Shown here: positions 44,675 through 53,327 of the stretch, one piece after another
Position numbering within the stretch: the stretch's first letter is position 1
Layout of the letters: the number at the start of each line of letters is the position of its first letter
Virus record (IMG/VR): IMGVR_UViG_3300013094_000063
Location: 1 to 53,897 of that record
Direction: 5' to 3' (one strand)
Length of the DNA stretch: 53,897 nucleotides
Source: a virus
Taxonomy: Duplodnaviria; Caudoviricetes
The notes under the pieces: generated by a model
Told to the model about the DNA's origin: nothing
What the model saw: only the letters and a program-made list of their open reading frames with translations
Database searches by the model: none
Program-made: the position numbers and the translations under genes

Positions 44675-47600
44675 CTATTTTATAAATGTTGTTCCGGACT
44701 TATTACCAGATTGGTATCTTTGATATGCCGCATCGAGAGTTGTTCGATCAGAGAGACTACTATTAGTTGCTAACGTAGTATCGTTAATAAATTTAGTCAA
44801 CAGACCGGTGCTATTGTTTGAGGCAAATATATCTGATGCTTCTTTTTTAAGACTAGCCGACAATTCTGAAGGACTAACTCCTCTGGCATCTGCTAGACCT
44901 TGTATACCACCTTTGGCTACTATCTGCTGTTCATCTATACTTAATAATGATTCCGGATTATCTGCTACTGTTTTTGGTTGGCCTGGGGGGATATTGTTTA
45001 AATTTTTCAGATTCCTAAAACTCAATCCATCTGATTGTAGTTGAGATAGGTTGATATTCGTCGGTACTGTATTCGACACCGCCTGTAGGTACGACTGGGC
45101 ATTACCAACAGCTCCTCCTGTCAATCCAGATAATCGTAAATCGGGATTAGGAATATAATTTGGAAATAATCGATTTGCATTTCCCTGTATGTTGGCTATT
45201 GTTGAATCTATTTTAGAAGATACTTGAGAAGGATAAAAATTTATTATAGGAGACGGTGTTCCCCCTAGGATGGCATTGCCGTATATATTAGCCCCTGCGG
45301 TAAGTTTCCCCGCGCCGTCTGTCACAGCACCAAAGGCCTGTGTCAAAGGACCTTGACCAAGTCCTCCGGAGATATTGGCGTAATTGCTAGATGGACTAAC
45401 CGCTCCTAATTTGAAGGCAGATATAGGAATACCCGTGTCTGGCACAGATGCTTTAGATTTATCTCTAGCATCTTGAGTCACTGCCATAGTAGGATCAGCT
45501 GTTCCTGTAGTTCCGCTGTCAGTATCTATAAATTGCACACTATTGGTAGGATCTTGTCCCGATACCTTGGTAAGTGATAATCGTTGTTTGAATACGCCAT
45601 CTTTGAAAGAACTAGAAGCAGACATGACTCTATAAGCACCATGGAACGGACTTCTAATTAGGTCATTATATTTCATAAACCCGTCGGCTCCTATGTCATC
45701 GGGATTGCGGAACACGATATCGATGATAACATCTCCTTCTTGATGAGATGCCTGGGTATTATCTACGGTGCTGGCCTTATTGGCTGTTTTTACCTGATTT
45801 CCTATTCCCCCAGTGACTAGATAAAAAGGATCTCCCATGATTTCAATATCAGCTACCAACATGTTAGATGCTGGGTCGACTAGTGCTTTATGAAGATTTG
45901 TGGCCAAGGCATAATATGGATTACCCGGTTGTGCCTGTACTGCCGCTCCTATGGATTGGGTCTTAGATTCTGGAATTGTCTTAGTGACAGGCGTTGGATT
46001 GATCTTAGTTCCTGCCTCTTGATTTGTCTTACCTAGATTAGCATCGTTGGCTTTTTCTGCAGGAACAGTTCCATTAGAAGGAGCTGCCTTGTCTTTGGTT
46101 TTTTCTGAATCATTGATCCCGGATCCTGCTGTGATTCCTTCAAAAAACAAGTTGTTATATTGTAGCTTGAACGAAATGATTTCTGTATTTTTTCCTGTAT
46201 AGATATAGCTGTAAGAACGTTGACTGTAATAGAGAAGATCTTTAAGAGGCTGCGTCAGTTTGGCAAATCCGGGAATCCTTCCACGCAATATCTTGTAGGG
46301 CGATACTCTAAAAGTATATCTCGTTAAAGGTGAATTTTTTAATTCATCTCTTCCGGGCAAGGATGTAGTGCTGGTGCGTACTAAAAAATATTTGACCATC
46401 CCTCCAGGTAGCAGGGATTCTCCGCCATTATTTTCGGTTAGATCTTTAAGCATTTTCCTAATGAACGTACTATTGACAATGATTTCTGCTATGGCATCTC
46501 GTAGATTGACATCATTGTTAAAGGTCAATTTTACTGTTTTATCAGTTCCTGCACTGACGATTTTATAGGTTTTAGCTTTGGATTCAGCAGTTGGATAATT
46601 CACTTGGCCAGCTCCTTGCCGTTGAGGATCTAGCATACCATACTGTTGAGCATCTGTGGTATCATAGAGGTCTGATTTGGCAATCTCAGAACTTAGATTA
46701 TATTTCCCCACTTCGGTGTTGGTATCTAATATAAAATTTCCGTTGTCGTCTATGTCGTCAAATTTTATATCGAATTGATCGTGTAGTTTTGCGGCTTCAC
46801 CACTATTGGGATGTGTCTTGGCTCTAATATCTGTCAGTTGCTGATTGTAATTGGTCACTAACGAAGATATCAGTTCTCCTACAGTTTTTCCGGTAGCAGA
46901 AACCGTGTCAGAGAATCTACCAGTGACCCCTTGGGCGATGTCATTGTAAGGGACACAGCTACATTTATACTGGGTACCTTTTTCTGTGATATCCATTTCC
47001 ATTCCTGAAAACTTTATTGTGAGGTATCTTTTTTCATCAAGTATTTTTGGACTGGTGAATTTGTCGTTGTCAGGATAGCCTATCCACTCGATCAACAATA
47101 TATAAGAAGCTTCCATGTAGTTGTCCCAGCCCGCTGACACTGCCGCGGTTCCTAGTGCTTCTAGAAATCCATTTACACTGTATGGTTCTATCACATCAAA
47201 ACTGATCTGTGTTGGGAGGGTCGCACTGGTATCTTCGGTAAAGGTCATAACGGTATCGATCTGCACATTTTCTATAAACATGTCAAATCGTCCAGCACTT
47301 GTTTGATTGAATCCGGCAGCTAGCTCTTTATAAGAAGAATTAGATTGTTCGATATTTTTTTTAGATTTGGCTATTTCTTCTGGAGTGACTTCGTAGGCGT
47401 TTACGAGGTTATTGTGAGCCGTCACTTGATCTACCGAAACAGATCCAGTCTTGATAGCATTGGCTCCTTTTCCTCCAGATTTCAATATGACAAAATTTAA
47501 ATTATTTGTTCCCTTGGTATAGGTGTCGGGGTCATTTAGTTGTTCAGCTGTTATACAGGCTAAGGTAAATCTATAGGTGTAAGATCTATATTTTGATAGC

Positions 47601-47824
47601 ACATTGGTTTTCTGTGTTGAGTAAACCGTGGTATTCACCGATGTACTTGTAGACTGATCCACAACTGCCTCTGGGGTCTTTCTTTCTACTTGATCCTTTC
47701 GGGCATTGGCAACATCTTCTTTAGTTGCACCTACAGGTATGTCTTTGGCCAGGCCTGATCCGCGACTGCCGTTTCCGGCGGCTTTCTGACTGGTTAAGAG
47801 ATTAAGTGAACTAACTCCGGGCAT
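44675..47824 (-). CDS. Baseplate hub-like protein
   Basis: Between the gp53-like and gp5-like genes; NVL..YRSYTY.FTLA, F.VIEPYS, IEIMGDPFYL, G.YRV...SSSF..G.F.Q.L.L. Confidence 0.7.
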   Translation of the reverse strand: MPGVSSLNLLTSQKAAGNGSRGSGLAKDIPVGATKEDVANARKDQVERKTPEAVVDQSTSTSVNTTVYSTQKTNVLSKYRSYTYRFTLACITAEQLNDPDTYTKGTNNLNFVILKSGGKGANAIKTGSVSVDQVTAHNNLVNAYEVTPEEIAKSKKNIEQSNSSYKELAAGFNQTSAGRFDMFIENVQIDTVMTFTEDTSATLPTQISFDVIEPYSVNGFLEALGTAAVSAGWDNYMEASYILLIEWIGYPDNDKFTSPKILDEKRYLTIKFSGMEMDITEKGTQYKCSCVPYNDIAQGVTGRFSDTVSATGKTVGELISSLVTNYNQQLTDIRAKTHPNSGEAAKLHDQFDIKFDDIDDNGNFILDTNTEVGKYNLSSEIAKSDLYDTTDAQQYGMLDPQRQGAGQVNYPTAESKAKTYKIVSAGTDKTVKLTFNNDVNLRDAIAEIIVNSTFIRKMLKDLTENNGGESLLPGGMVKYFLVRTSTTSLPGRDELKNSPLTRYTFRVSPYKILRGRIPGFAKLTQPLKDLLYYSQRSYSYIYTGKNTEIISFKLQYNNLFFEGITAGSGINDSEKTKDKAAPSNGTVPAEKANDANLGKTNQEAGTKINPTPVTKTIPESKTQSIGAAVQAQPGNPYYALATNLHKALVDPASNMLVADIEIMGDPFYLVTGGIGNQVKTANKASTVDNTQASHQEGDVIIDIVFRNPDDIGADGFMKYNDLIRSPFHGAYRVMSASSSFKDGVFKQRLSLTKVSGQDPTNSVQFIDTDSGTTGTADPTMAVTQDARDKSKASVPDTGIPISAFKLGAVSPSSNYANISGGLGQGPLTQAFGAVTDGAGKLTAGANIYGNAILGGTPSPIINFYPSQVSSKIDSTIANIQGNANRLFPNYIPNPDLRLSGLTGGAVGNAQSYLQAVSNTVPTNINLSQLQSDGLSFRNLKNLNNIPPGQPKTVADNPESLLSIDEQQIVAKGGIQGLADARGVSPSELSASLKKEASDIFASNNSTGLLTKFINDTTLATNSSLSDRTTLDAAYQRYQSGNKSGTTFIK

Positions 47825-48124
47825 CTAGATCCCCAATGCGGCTTGTAGACTTGGTAAACTAGGTAGATAGATTTTCAATCCGGCGACCATGTCAAAGACG
47901 GGGTCTTGAATTATACTCTTGTTCCGGACAGCAAATACCCACCACAGGTTGACATCTCCGTAGGCATCATAGGCCAACAATTCCGGTCTGTGCTCATATT
48001 TTTTATCCAGCTGATATAGAAGATCAGATGTCGTAGCAGGTATATCCCTAAATGTGGCAACGTCGAGATAACCCTTGTTTCGAGGTGTTGAGTAGTAGGG
48101 ACTTTTTAATCCATAGACTGCCAT
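47825..48124 (-). CDS. gp53: Baseplate wedge protein, gp53/LysM-like
   Basis: YEHRPELLAYDAYGDVNLWWVFAVRN..I.DP.FD...G.KIYLP; start at 48124 by TAATG coupling. Confidence 0.82.
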   Translation of the reverse strand: MAVYGLKSPYYSTPRNKGYLDVATFRDIPATTSDLLYQLDKKYEHRPELLAYDAYGDVNLWWVFAVRNKSIIQDPVFDMVAGLKIYLPSLPSLQAALGI

Positions 48125-48867
48125 TATAGATATCCTTTGGTATTTAGATCGCCGTTTAGCCATCCACTGACTGTAAATTTCTGCTGTTCGGCTCTACTGT
48201 ACATTGGCATCATGGTCACAGTGATAGACGACAGTGTGGGAACCATGGTGTCGTTTTTAAACGTAGCATTGTTGCTAGACAGAGCAAAATAATCTACCTT
48301 GTCTGGAAGATCAGCACGGAAACTGGTAATGGCTACAGGAACGTTTTCTAACATCCACTCTCCATAGGCAAATAGTCTACAGACAGGAGGAGGACTTCCG
48401 GAATTGACTTCACCGTTGGCTAGCATTTTAGTCAATGCCCTTAATAGATGCACAGTTGATAGATATATTTCAGCGTCACTGTCGTTCTGTATACTGAACT
48501 GTCCTGTGACTGTGATCGATCCTACACTGCTGTGTCTGTAAAAATTCTGTTGGAAGTTGCTGTGTGTGACCTGGGTAGAACTATAGTCTGCCTTGTGTTC
48601 TATGGTGATTGTTGGGGTATAAGGAAATACGATGCCTTTTAGATTGGTTAGAACCTTAGGTGGGATAGAACTGGTTCCACCGCCGGTATATTTTCCTGCC
48701 ACATAGCTATCGGGAACCTGTATACGTACTCTGTGATCACTTTTTAGTTCTGATCCCGTGCGATCATAGAAATTCACATTAGGCAACCTAGATGTGGATT
48801 TATCACCTCCTAAAAATCTCTGGAGTCCGGTTAATCCTGTTTTACCTACTAAGTCTAACAATGACAT
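48124..48867 (-). CDS. Baseplate/tail-tube junction protein (gp48/gp54-like position)
   Basis: GIVFPYTPTI....A.Y......HSN, LRALTKM, GSPPPVCRL.AYG..ML.NVPVAI.SF; first gene of the baseplate operon. Confidence 0.7.
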   Translation of the reverse strand: MSLLDLVGKTGLTGLQRFLGGDKSTSRLPNVNFYDRTGSELKSDHRVRIQVPDSYVAGKYTGGGTSSIPPKVLTNLKGIVFPYTPTITIEHKADYSSTQVTHSNFQQNFYRHSSVGSITVTGQFSIQNDSDAEIYLSTVHLLRALTKMLANGEVNSGSPPPVCRLFAYGEWMLENVPVAITSFRADLPDKVDYFALSSNNATFKNDTMVPTLSSITVTMMPMYSRAEQQKFTVSGWLNGDLNTKGYL

Positions 48868-48886
48868 TTATTTTCCTCTGATATAG

Positions 48887-48924
48887 TATTTACCCGATAA
48901 ATAAACTACTAGTTTTATTTACCC
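48887..48924. promoter_or_regulatory. Divergent late-promoter cluster
   Basis: GGGTAAATA twice on - strand (48887-95, 48916-24) facing the baseplate operon; GATAAATA on + strand (48896-903) facing the sigma gene. Confidence 0.6.
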
Positions 48925-48927
48925 AGG

Positions 48928-48955
48928 TTGACAACTGTATTTTTTATGCTACACT
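48928..48955 (+). promoter_or_regulatory. Sigma70-type promoter for the late sigma gene
   Basis: TTGACA-16 nt-TACACT with TG extended -10. Confidence 0.7.
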
Positions 48956-48981
48956 AAGCATATAAGGATAATAATAAAAAG

Positions 48982-49890
48982 ATGACAGCTCTTCCAATTT
49001 CAACAAGAAAAGTAAAATACCTCAATAATAGAGACCTCCTAGCAGAAATACATCGTAGCAAATGCTCATATTCCAGTTTTACCAAAGCCGAATACAGCCA
49101 GCACGATATCATCCTGACTAGTCTTGATAAGGTCAATATCCGCACCATAGCAGATGCCAAGCGTGCCCGTGCCAAACGCATAGGTCTACAGGCATTCGCC
49201 CAGGCTCGTGCCAGCGGAGACAAAAAGATCAAATTGGCAGAATGTACTCCTGCTTACCAAACCATACCAAAGACAGACATCGTGATTCGCATCATGACCT
49301 TCGATCACATACCCCTGGCACCGGGTCGCAAGAAAACCACCAAGACTCGTGCTGACAGCCACGACAAGGTCAACTTTCCTCCATTCCAACACTGGAAATT
49401 CAATGATGCAGACGAACTGATCTGTGTAGGCAAGAGCCACTGGCGGGGTGGAATGAAGACCGGCAAGTTCAGCAAGGATCACGGTCGTATTACAGAAAAT
49501 CTAGGCAAGATGTTTATCAAACTCAGCGAACGCTATGCCCAAAGATCCAACTGGCGTGGTTATACCTACATCGATGAAATGCGTGGACAGGCCATACTAC
49601 AGTTGAGCCAGATTGGTCTACAGTTTGATGAATCAAAATCAGAGAATCCATTTGCCTACTATACCGCCGCAGTGACTAACTCATTCACTCGCATATTGAA
49701 TCTGGAAAAGAAAAACCAGAATATCCGAGATGACATGCTGGAAGAACACGGGCTGACTCCTAGTATGACTCGACAGCATTCACAAGAGTACGCTGACGAA
49801 ATAGCTCGACAGGCCACGCTATATAAAAATATGCGTATGCCAAAGAGTGAAGACGATCTTTCGGATGATGTTGAAGAAACATCAGCTTGA
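48982..49890 (+). CDS. gp55: Late-transcription sigma factor, T4 gp55-like
   Basis: YLNNRDLL, LG.MF.KL.ERYA.R.NWRGYTY.DEM...A, FD..KS.NPFAYYT....NSF.R.L..EKK; sits before gp47/gp46 as in T4-like phages. Confidence 0.88.
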   Translation: MTALPISTRKVKYLNNRDLLAEIHRSKCSYSSFTKAEYSQHDIILTSLDKVNIRTIADAKRARAKRIGLQAFAQARASGDKKIKLAECTPAYQTIPKTDIVIRIMTFDHIPLAPGRKKTTKTRADSHDKVNFPPFQHWKFNDADELICVGKSHWRGGMKTGKFSKDHGRITENLGKMFIKLSERYAQRSNWRGYTYIDEMRGQAILQLSQIGLQFDESKSENPFAYYTAAVTNSFTRILNLEKKNQNIRDDMLEEHGLTPSMTRQHSQEYADEIARQATLYKNMRMPKSEDDLSDDVEETSA

Positions 49891-49915
49891 CTTCCTCCAA
49901 TCTAGCAGTTAAACT
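49887..49915 (+). promoter_or_regulatory. Sigma70-type promoter for gp47-gp46
   Basis: TTGACT-17 nt-TAAACT, then AAGGAG RBS. Confidence 0.7.
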
Positions 49916-49935
49916 CGTTGTAAGGAGAATTATAT

Positions 49936-50949
49936 ATGCCCTTGTTTAAAAAGGTAGCAGTGTTTACGGACCTCCATGTTGGCCTTAAGTCCAACAGCTT
50001 GGTTCATCTAAAAGATTGTGAAGAATATGTAGACTGGTTTATCGACGAGGCTAAAAAAGCCAACTGCGAAACCTGTATTTTTATGGGAGACTGGTCGCAT
50101 AATAGAAATAGTTTAAATCTATATACGCTGAATACATCCATAACTTTATTAGAAAAGCTAGGTGCTGCCTTTGACCAGTTCTTTTGGTTTCCGGGCAATC
50201 ACGATCTATTCTACAAGGACAAGCGTGATATTCATTCCAGTGCCTTCGGCAGGCACATTCCAGGAGTCACTGTCGTAGATGGTATCACGACTCTCGATGA
50301 TGTCACACTAGTTCCTTGGTTAGTAGGTGATGAGTGGCGTACTATGGACAAGATCAAGAGCCGCTATGTGTTTGGACATTTAGAATTACCCCTGTTCTTC
50401 ATGAACGCCATGGTACAGATGCCCGATCACGGTGAGCTACAGGCAGATGCCTTCAAAGGACCCGAATATGTGTTTTCGGGTCATTTCCATAAAAGACAGA
50501 ACAAGGGCAACATCTGGTACATAGGTAATGCCTTTCCTCACAACTTCGCAGATACCTGGGATGATGAGAGAGGTATGATGACCTTAGAGTGGGGTGGTAC
50601 TCCAGAATTCATCGATTGGTCTGACTGCCCTAAATATCGCACAGTCAAGTTATCAGAACTGATAGATCGCAAAGATGACATAATGAAAAGCAAGATGTAT
50701 ATCAAGGTCAATCTGGATATAGACATCAGCTTCGAAGAAGCCAACTTCATCAAAGAAACCTTTATACGAGATTATGACATCCGTGAGATCAGCCTCATAC
50801 AGGACAAGACCAGCTTAGACGGAACAATAGATGATAACCCAGATGCTAAATTTGAATCAGTGGATCAGATCGTCATGGAACAGCTGGTGAATATAGACAG
50901 CGAACAGTTTGATCGCACCACCTTATTGGAGATATACAATGGGCTTTGA
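49936..50949 (+). CDS. gp47: Recombination endonuclease subunit (Mre11/SbcD, T4 gp47-like)
   Basis: Metallophosphoesterase motifs DLH, GD, GNHD, GHLE, SGHFH. Confidence 0.93.
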   Translation: MPLFKKVAVFTDLHVGLKSNSLVHLKDCEEYVDWFIDEAKKANCETCIFMGDWSHNRNSLNLYTLNTSITLLEKLGAAFDQFFWFPGNHDLFYKDKRDIHSSAFGRHIPGVTVVDGITTLDDVTLVPWLVGDEWRTMDKIKSRYVFGHLELPLFFMNAMVQMPDHGELQADAFKGPEYVFSGHFHKRQNKGNIWYIGNAFPHNFADTWDDERGMMTLEWGGTPEFIDWSDCPKYRTVKLSELIDRKDDIMKSKMYIKVNLDIDISFEEANFIKETFIRDYDIREISLIQDKTSLDGTIDDNPDAKFESVDQIVMEQLVNIDSEQFDRTTLLEIYNGL

Positions 50950-51031
50950 AAATATATCTAAACATACAAAATCTTCAATAACATTAGAAGTACTCAAACA
51001 ACTTATACTCTTACACAATAATGATAATTAA
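50948..51031 (+). pseudogene. Probable 3' remnant of a deleted HNH endonuclease gene
   Basis: AT-rich spacer reads ENISKHTKSSITLEVLKQLILLHNNDN* with no start codon; its stop overlaps the gp46 start like a coupled gene. Confidence 0.5.
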
Positions 51032-52805
51032 ATCAATAACTGCAAAAAACTTTCTTTCAATCGGAAATCAAACACAAGGAATTGATTTCTGCGAGAATGA
51101 TCTCACACTGGTGTTAGGTGAAAATTTAGACCTCGGCGGCGGAGATAGTGGTTCAAGGAATGGAGTAGGAAAAACCGCATTGTTAAACGCTCTTAGCTAT
51201 GCCCTATATGGGCAGGCCCTGACCAATATACGCAGAGAAAATTTAATCAACAAGACCAACGGCAAGGCCATGCTGGTCACTGTGGAGTTTGAAAAAGAAG
51301 GTGTATTCTATCGCATCGAACGCGGCCGCAAGCCCAACATACTGAAACTCTATGTCAACGATCAGGAAATGGTAGATCCAAATTCTGCTGAAGATGACGC
51401 ACAGGGCGACAGCCGCGAAACACAGAAAGCCATCGAACAGATGTTGGGGCTTACTCATACCATGTTCAAGCATCTAGTAGCACTGAATACCTATACAGAA
51501 CCTTTCTTGAGTATGAAGCCTACAGAACAGCGTGAAGTCATCGAGCAGTTGTTAGGCATCACCATGCTGAGTGAAAAGGCAGAAGCACTGAAGGTTCAGA
51601 CCAAAGAGACCCGAGATGCCATCGCATTAGAAAATAACAAGATCGAAGCCATCAAGGCTGCCAATGAAAACGTGCAGAAAAGCATAGACAGCTTGATCAT
51701 CAAGAGTTCAGCCTGGGCCAACAAACAGGAAGCTGATATAGAAAGCATGGGCAAGGCCATAATGAAGTTGGAAAATGTCAATATCGAACAGGAGTTGACA
51801 CTACACCAAGAATTAAAAACCTGGACAGAAAAAAACAATCAACTGACCGGTCTGAGAAAACAAAAGGCCACCCTAGAATCTGCACAGATACAGGCCGATA
51901 AGACCGTGAAAAAATACACAAGAGAAATAGAGCAGTTGCTAGATAAGACCTGCCCAGCCTGTGAGCAGGACCTACACGATCACAAACACGAAGAAATGAC
52001 TTCGGCGGCTGAGAAAAATCTGTCTGACGCACTGGAATATCAAACGAAGATCAGCGATGAACTGTCAGCGACCAACAGGCTAATCGGCGATATTGGTGAT
52101 CTAGCACATCGTCCTCAGACATTCTATGACACAGAAGCAGAAGCACTGGGTCATAAAAACAATCTAGACACGCTGGAAAAGAGCCTAACCGCTCGAATAG
52201 ATGAACAGAATCCTTATGATGAACAAGTTGAAGAACTGAAAAAAACCGCTCTACAGGAGATATCTTGGGACACGGTTAACAGTTTGACCAGGTTGAAAGA
52301 TCATCAGGAGTTCTTATATAAATTGTTAACCAACAAAGATTCATTCATCCGTAAAAAGATCATCGATCAGAACCTCTTGTACTTAAACAAGCGTCTCAGC
52401 TACTATATAAACAAGCTGGGATTGCCACATCAGGTCGTGTTCCAAAATGATCTCAACGTGGAAATCACACAGCTGGGACAGGATCTAGACTTCGATAATC
52501 TGTCTAGAGGCGAGCGTAATCGCCTGATACTCAGCATGAGTTTTGCCTTCCGAGATGTATGGGAAGGGCTATATCAGAGCATAAACTTATTGTTTATAGA
52601 CGAGTTAGTCGATGCGGGTATGGATTCTGCAGGAGTTGAATCGGCTCTGGCAGTATTGAAAAAGATGGCTCGAGAGAGAAACAAGAACATATACCTAATA
52701 TCACACAAGGATGAACTGATAGGTCGTGTAAATAATGTTCTCCGTGTGATCAAGGAAAACGGATTTACTTCATACTCAAACAGTGCGGATTATGTCGAGG
52801 CCTAA
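51021..52805 (+). CDS. gp46: Recombination ATPase subunit (Rad50/SbcC, T4 gp46-like)
   Basis: KNFLSIGN, Walker A NGVGKT, coiled coil with CPAC zinc hook, LSRGE signature, LFIDE Walker B, ISH. Confidence 0.95.
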   Translation: MIIKSITAKNFLSIGNQTQGIDFCENDLTLVLGENLDLGGGDSGSRNGVGKTALLNALSYALYGQALTNIRRENLINKTNGKAMLVTVEFEKEGVFYRIERGRKPNILKLYVNDQEMVDPNSAEDDAQGDSRETQKAIEQMLGLTHTMFKHLVALNTYTEPFLSMKPTEQREVIEQLLGITMLSEKAEALKVQTKETRDAIALENNKIEAIKAANENVQKSIDSLIIKSSAWANKQEADIESMGKAIMKLENVNIEQELTLHQELKTWTEKNNQLTGLRKQKATLESAQIQADKTVKKYTREIEQLLDKTCPACEQDLHDHKHEEMTSAAEKNLSDALEYQTKISDELSATNRLIGDIGDLAHRPQTFYDTEAEALGHKNNLDTLEKSLTARIDEQNPYDEQVEELKKTALQEISWDTVNSLTRLKDHQEFLYKLLTNKDSFIRKKIIDQNLLYLNKRLSYYINKLGLPHQVVFQNDLNVEITQLGQDLDFDNLSRGERNRLILSMSFAFRDVWEGLYQSINLLFIDELVDAGMDSAGVESALAVLKKMARERNKNIYLISHKDELIGRVNNVLRVIKENGFTSYSNSADYVEA

Positions 52806-53178
52806 ACTAGAAGACTACAAACAAGAATATAGTCGATTGGTGAGCAAGATGGCAGAGCTCCACAATCGCAATAGAGATTTTGTCCTTACTCCTACTTCCA
52901 TGGCTAGAACCGATATAAGGAAAATGATCAACGAATTGAGAGAAATCTCTAGGATGTTGAGATATAAGATCATAGGGGTGGTTAACGAGGAGAAGCAGAT
53001 CCGCAAAGAGAACGCGGAGCGCAGAAAAATTGAACGGGCAGAAGAAGCATTAAAACCTAAAGTGTTGGGTCGCCCTAGGAAATATCCGCCAAGACCTCCC
53101 AAAGGAACACGCCCACTGGGTAGACCAAGGAAGTATCCTAAACCAGAATCACCAACAGAGGAGGGTGGCCAGGGATAA
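52792..53178 (+). CDS. Basic protein with two AT-hook-like motifs
   Basis: ATG 52792 (MSRPKL); helical N-terminus, then LGRPRKYP twice. Confidence 0.72.
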   Translation: MSRPKLEDYKQEYSRLVSKMAELHNRNRDFVLTPTSMARTDIRKMINELREISRMLRYKIIGVVNEEKQIRKENAERRKIERAEEALKPKVLGRPRKYPPRPPKGTRPLGRPRKYPKPESPTEEGGQG

Positions 53179-53182
53179 ACAC

Positions 53183-53251
53183 ATGACTATGTCATGGTAT
53201 TATCAAAACTCCCTAGTAGAAACGTTACCAGATGACTGTGTAGGCTTTGTT
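53183..53251 (+). pseudogene. N-terminal fragment of a GIY-YIG-like gene, interrupted by the endonuclease cassette
   Basis: MTMSWYYQNSLVETLPDDCVGFV resembles the start of phage Seg-like proteins (...GFVY.I.N) and breaks directly before the promoter/leader. Confidence 0.6.
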
Positions 53252-53259
53252 AGTAATCA

Positions 53260-53327
53260 GATAAATAAAAATGCCAGTCGCGATGTTGAAGCATCCACCG
53301 GCTCTAAAGTTTATGGAACTATCAGCA
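53260..53327 (+). ncRNA. Late promoter plus conserved structured leader (copy B)
   Basis: GATAAATA AAAAT GCCAGT CGC GATG ttgaag CATC C ACCGGC TCT AA AGTT tatgg AACT AT CAGC A; aligns with 8569-8635 (-). Confidence 0.7.

Noticed and set aside
21338-47306. Many short + strand ORFs opposite the structural genes (and similar antisense ORFs elsewhere, e.g. 688-1053, 3827-4261, 6739-7059)
   Set aside because: They lie inside long genes on the other strand, lack RBS or motifs, and have the composition of antisense shadows.
51021-52805. Inteins in gp46 (also checked MoxR and the giant protein)
   Set aside because: Lengths are normal for gp46 and MoxR, and no C-x...HN-(C/S/T) splice motifs or LAGLIDADG blocks were noticed.
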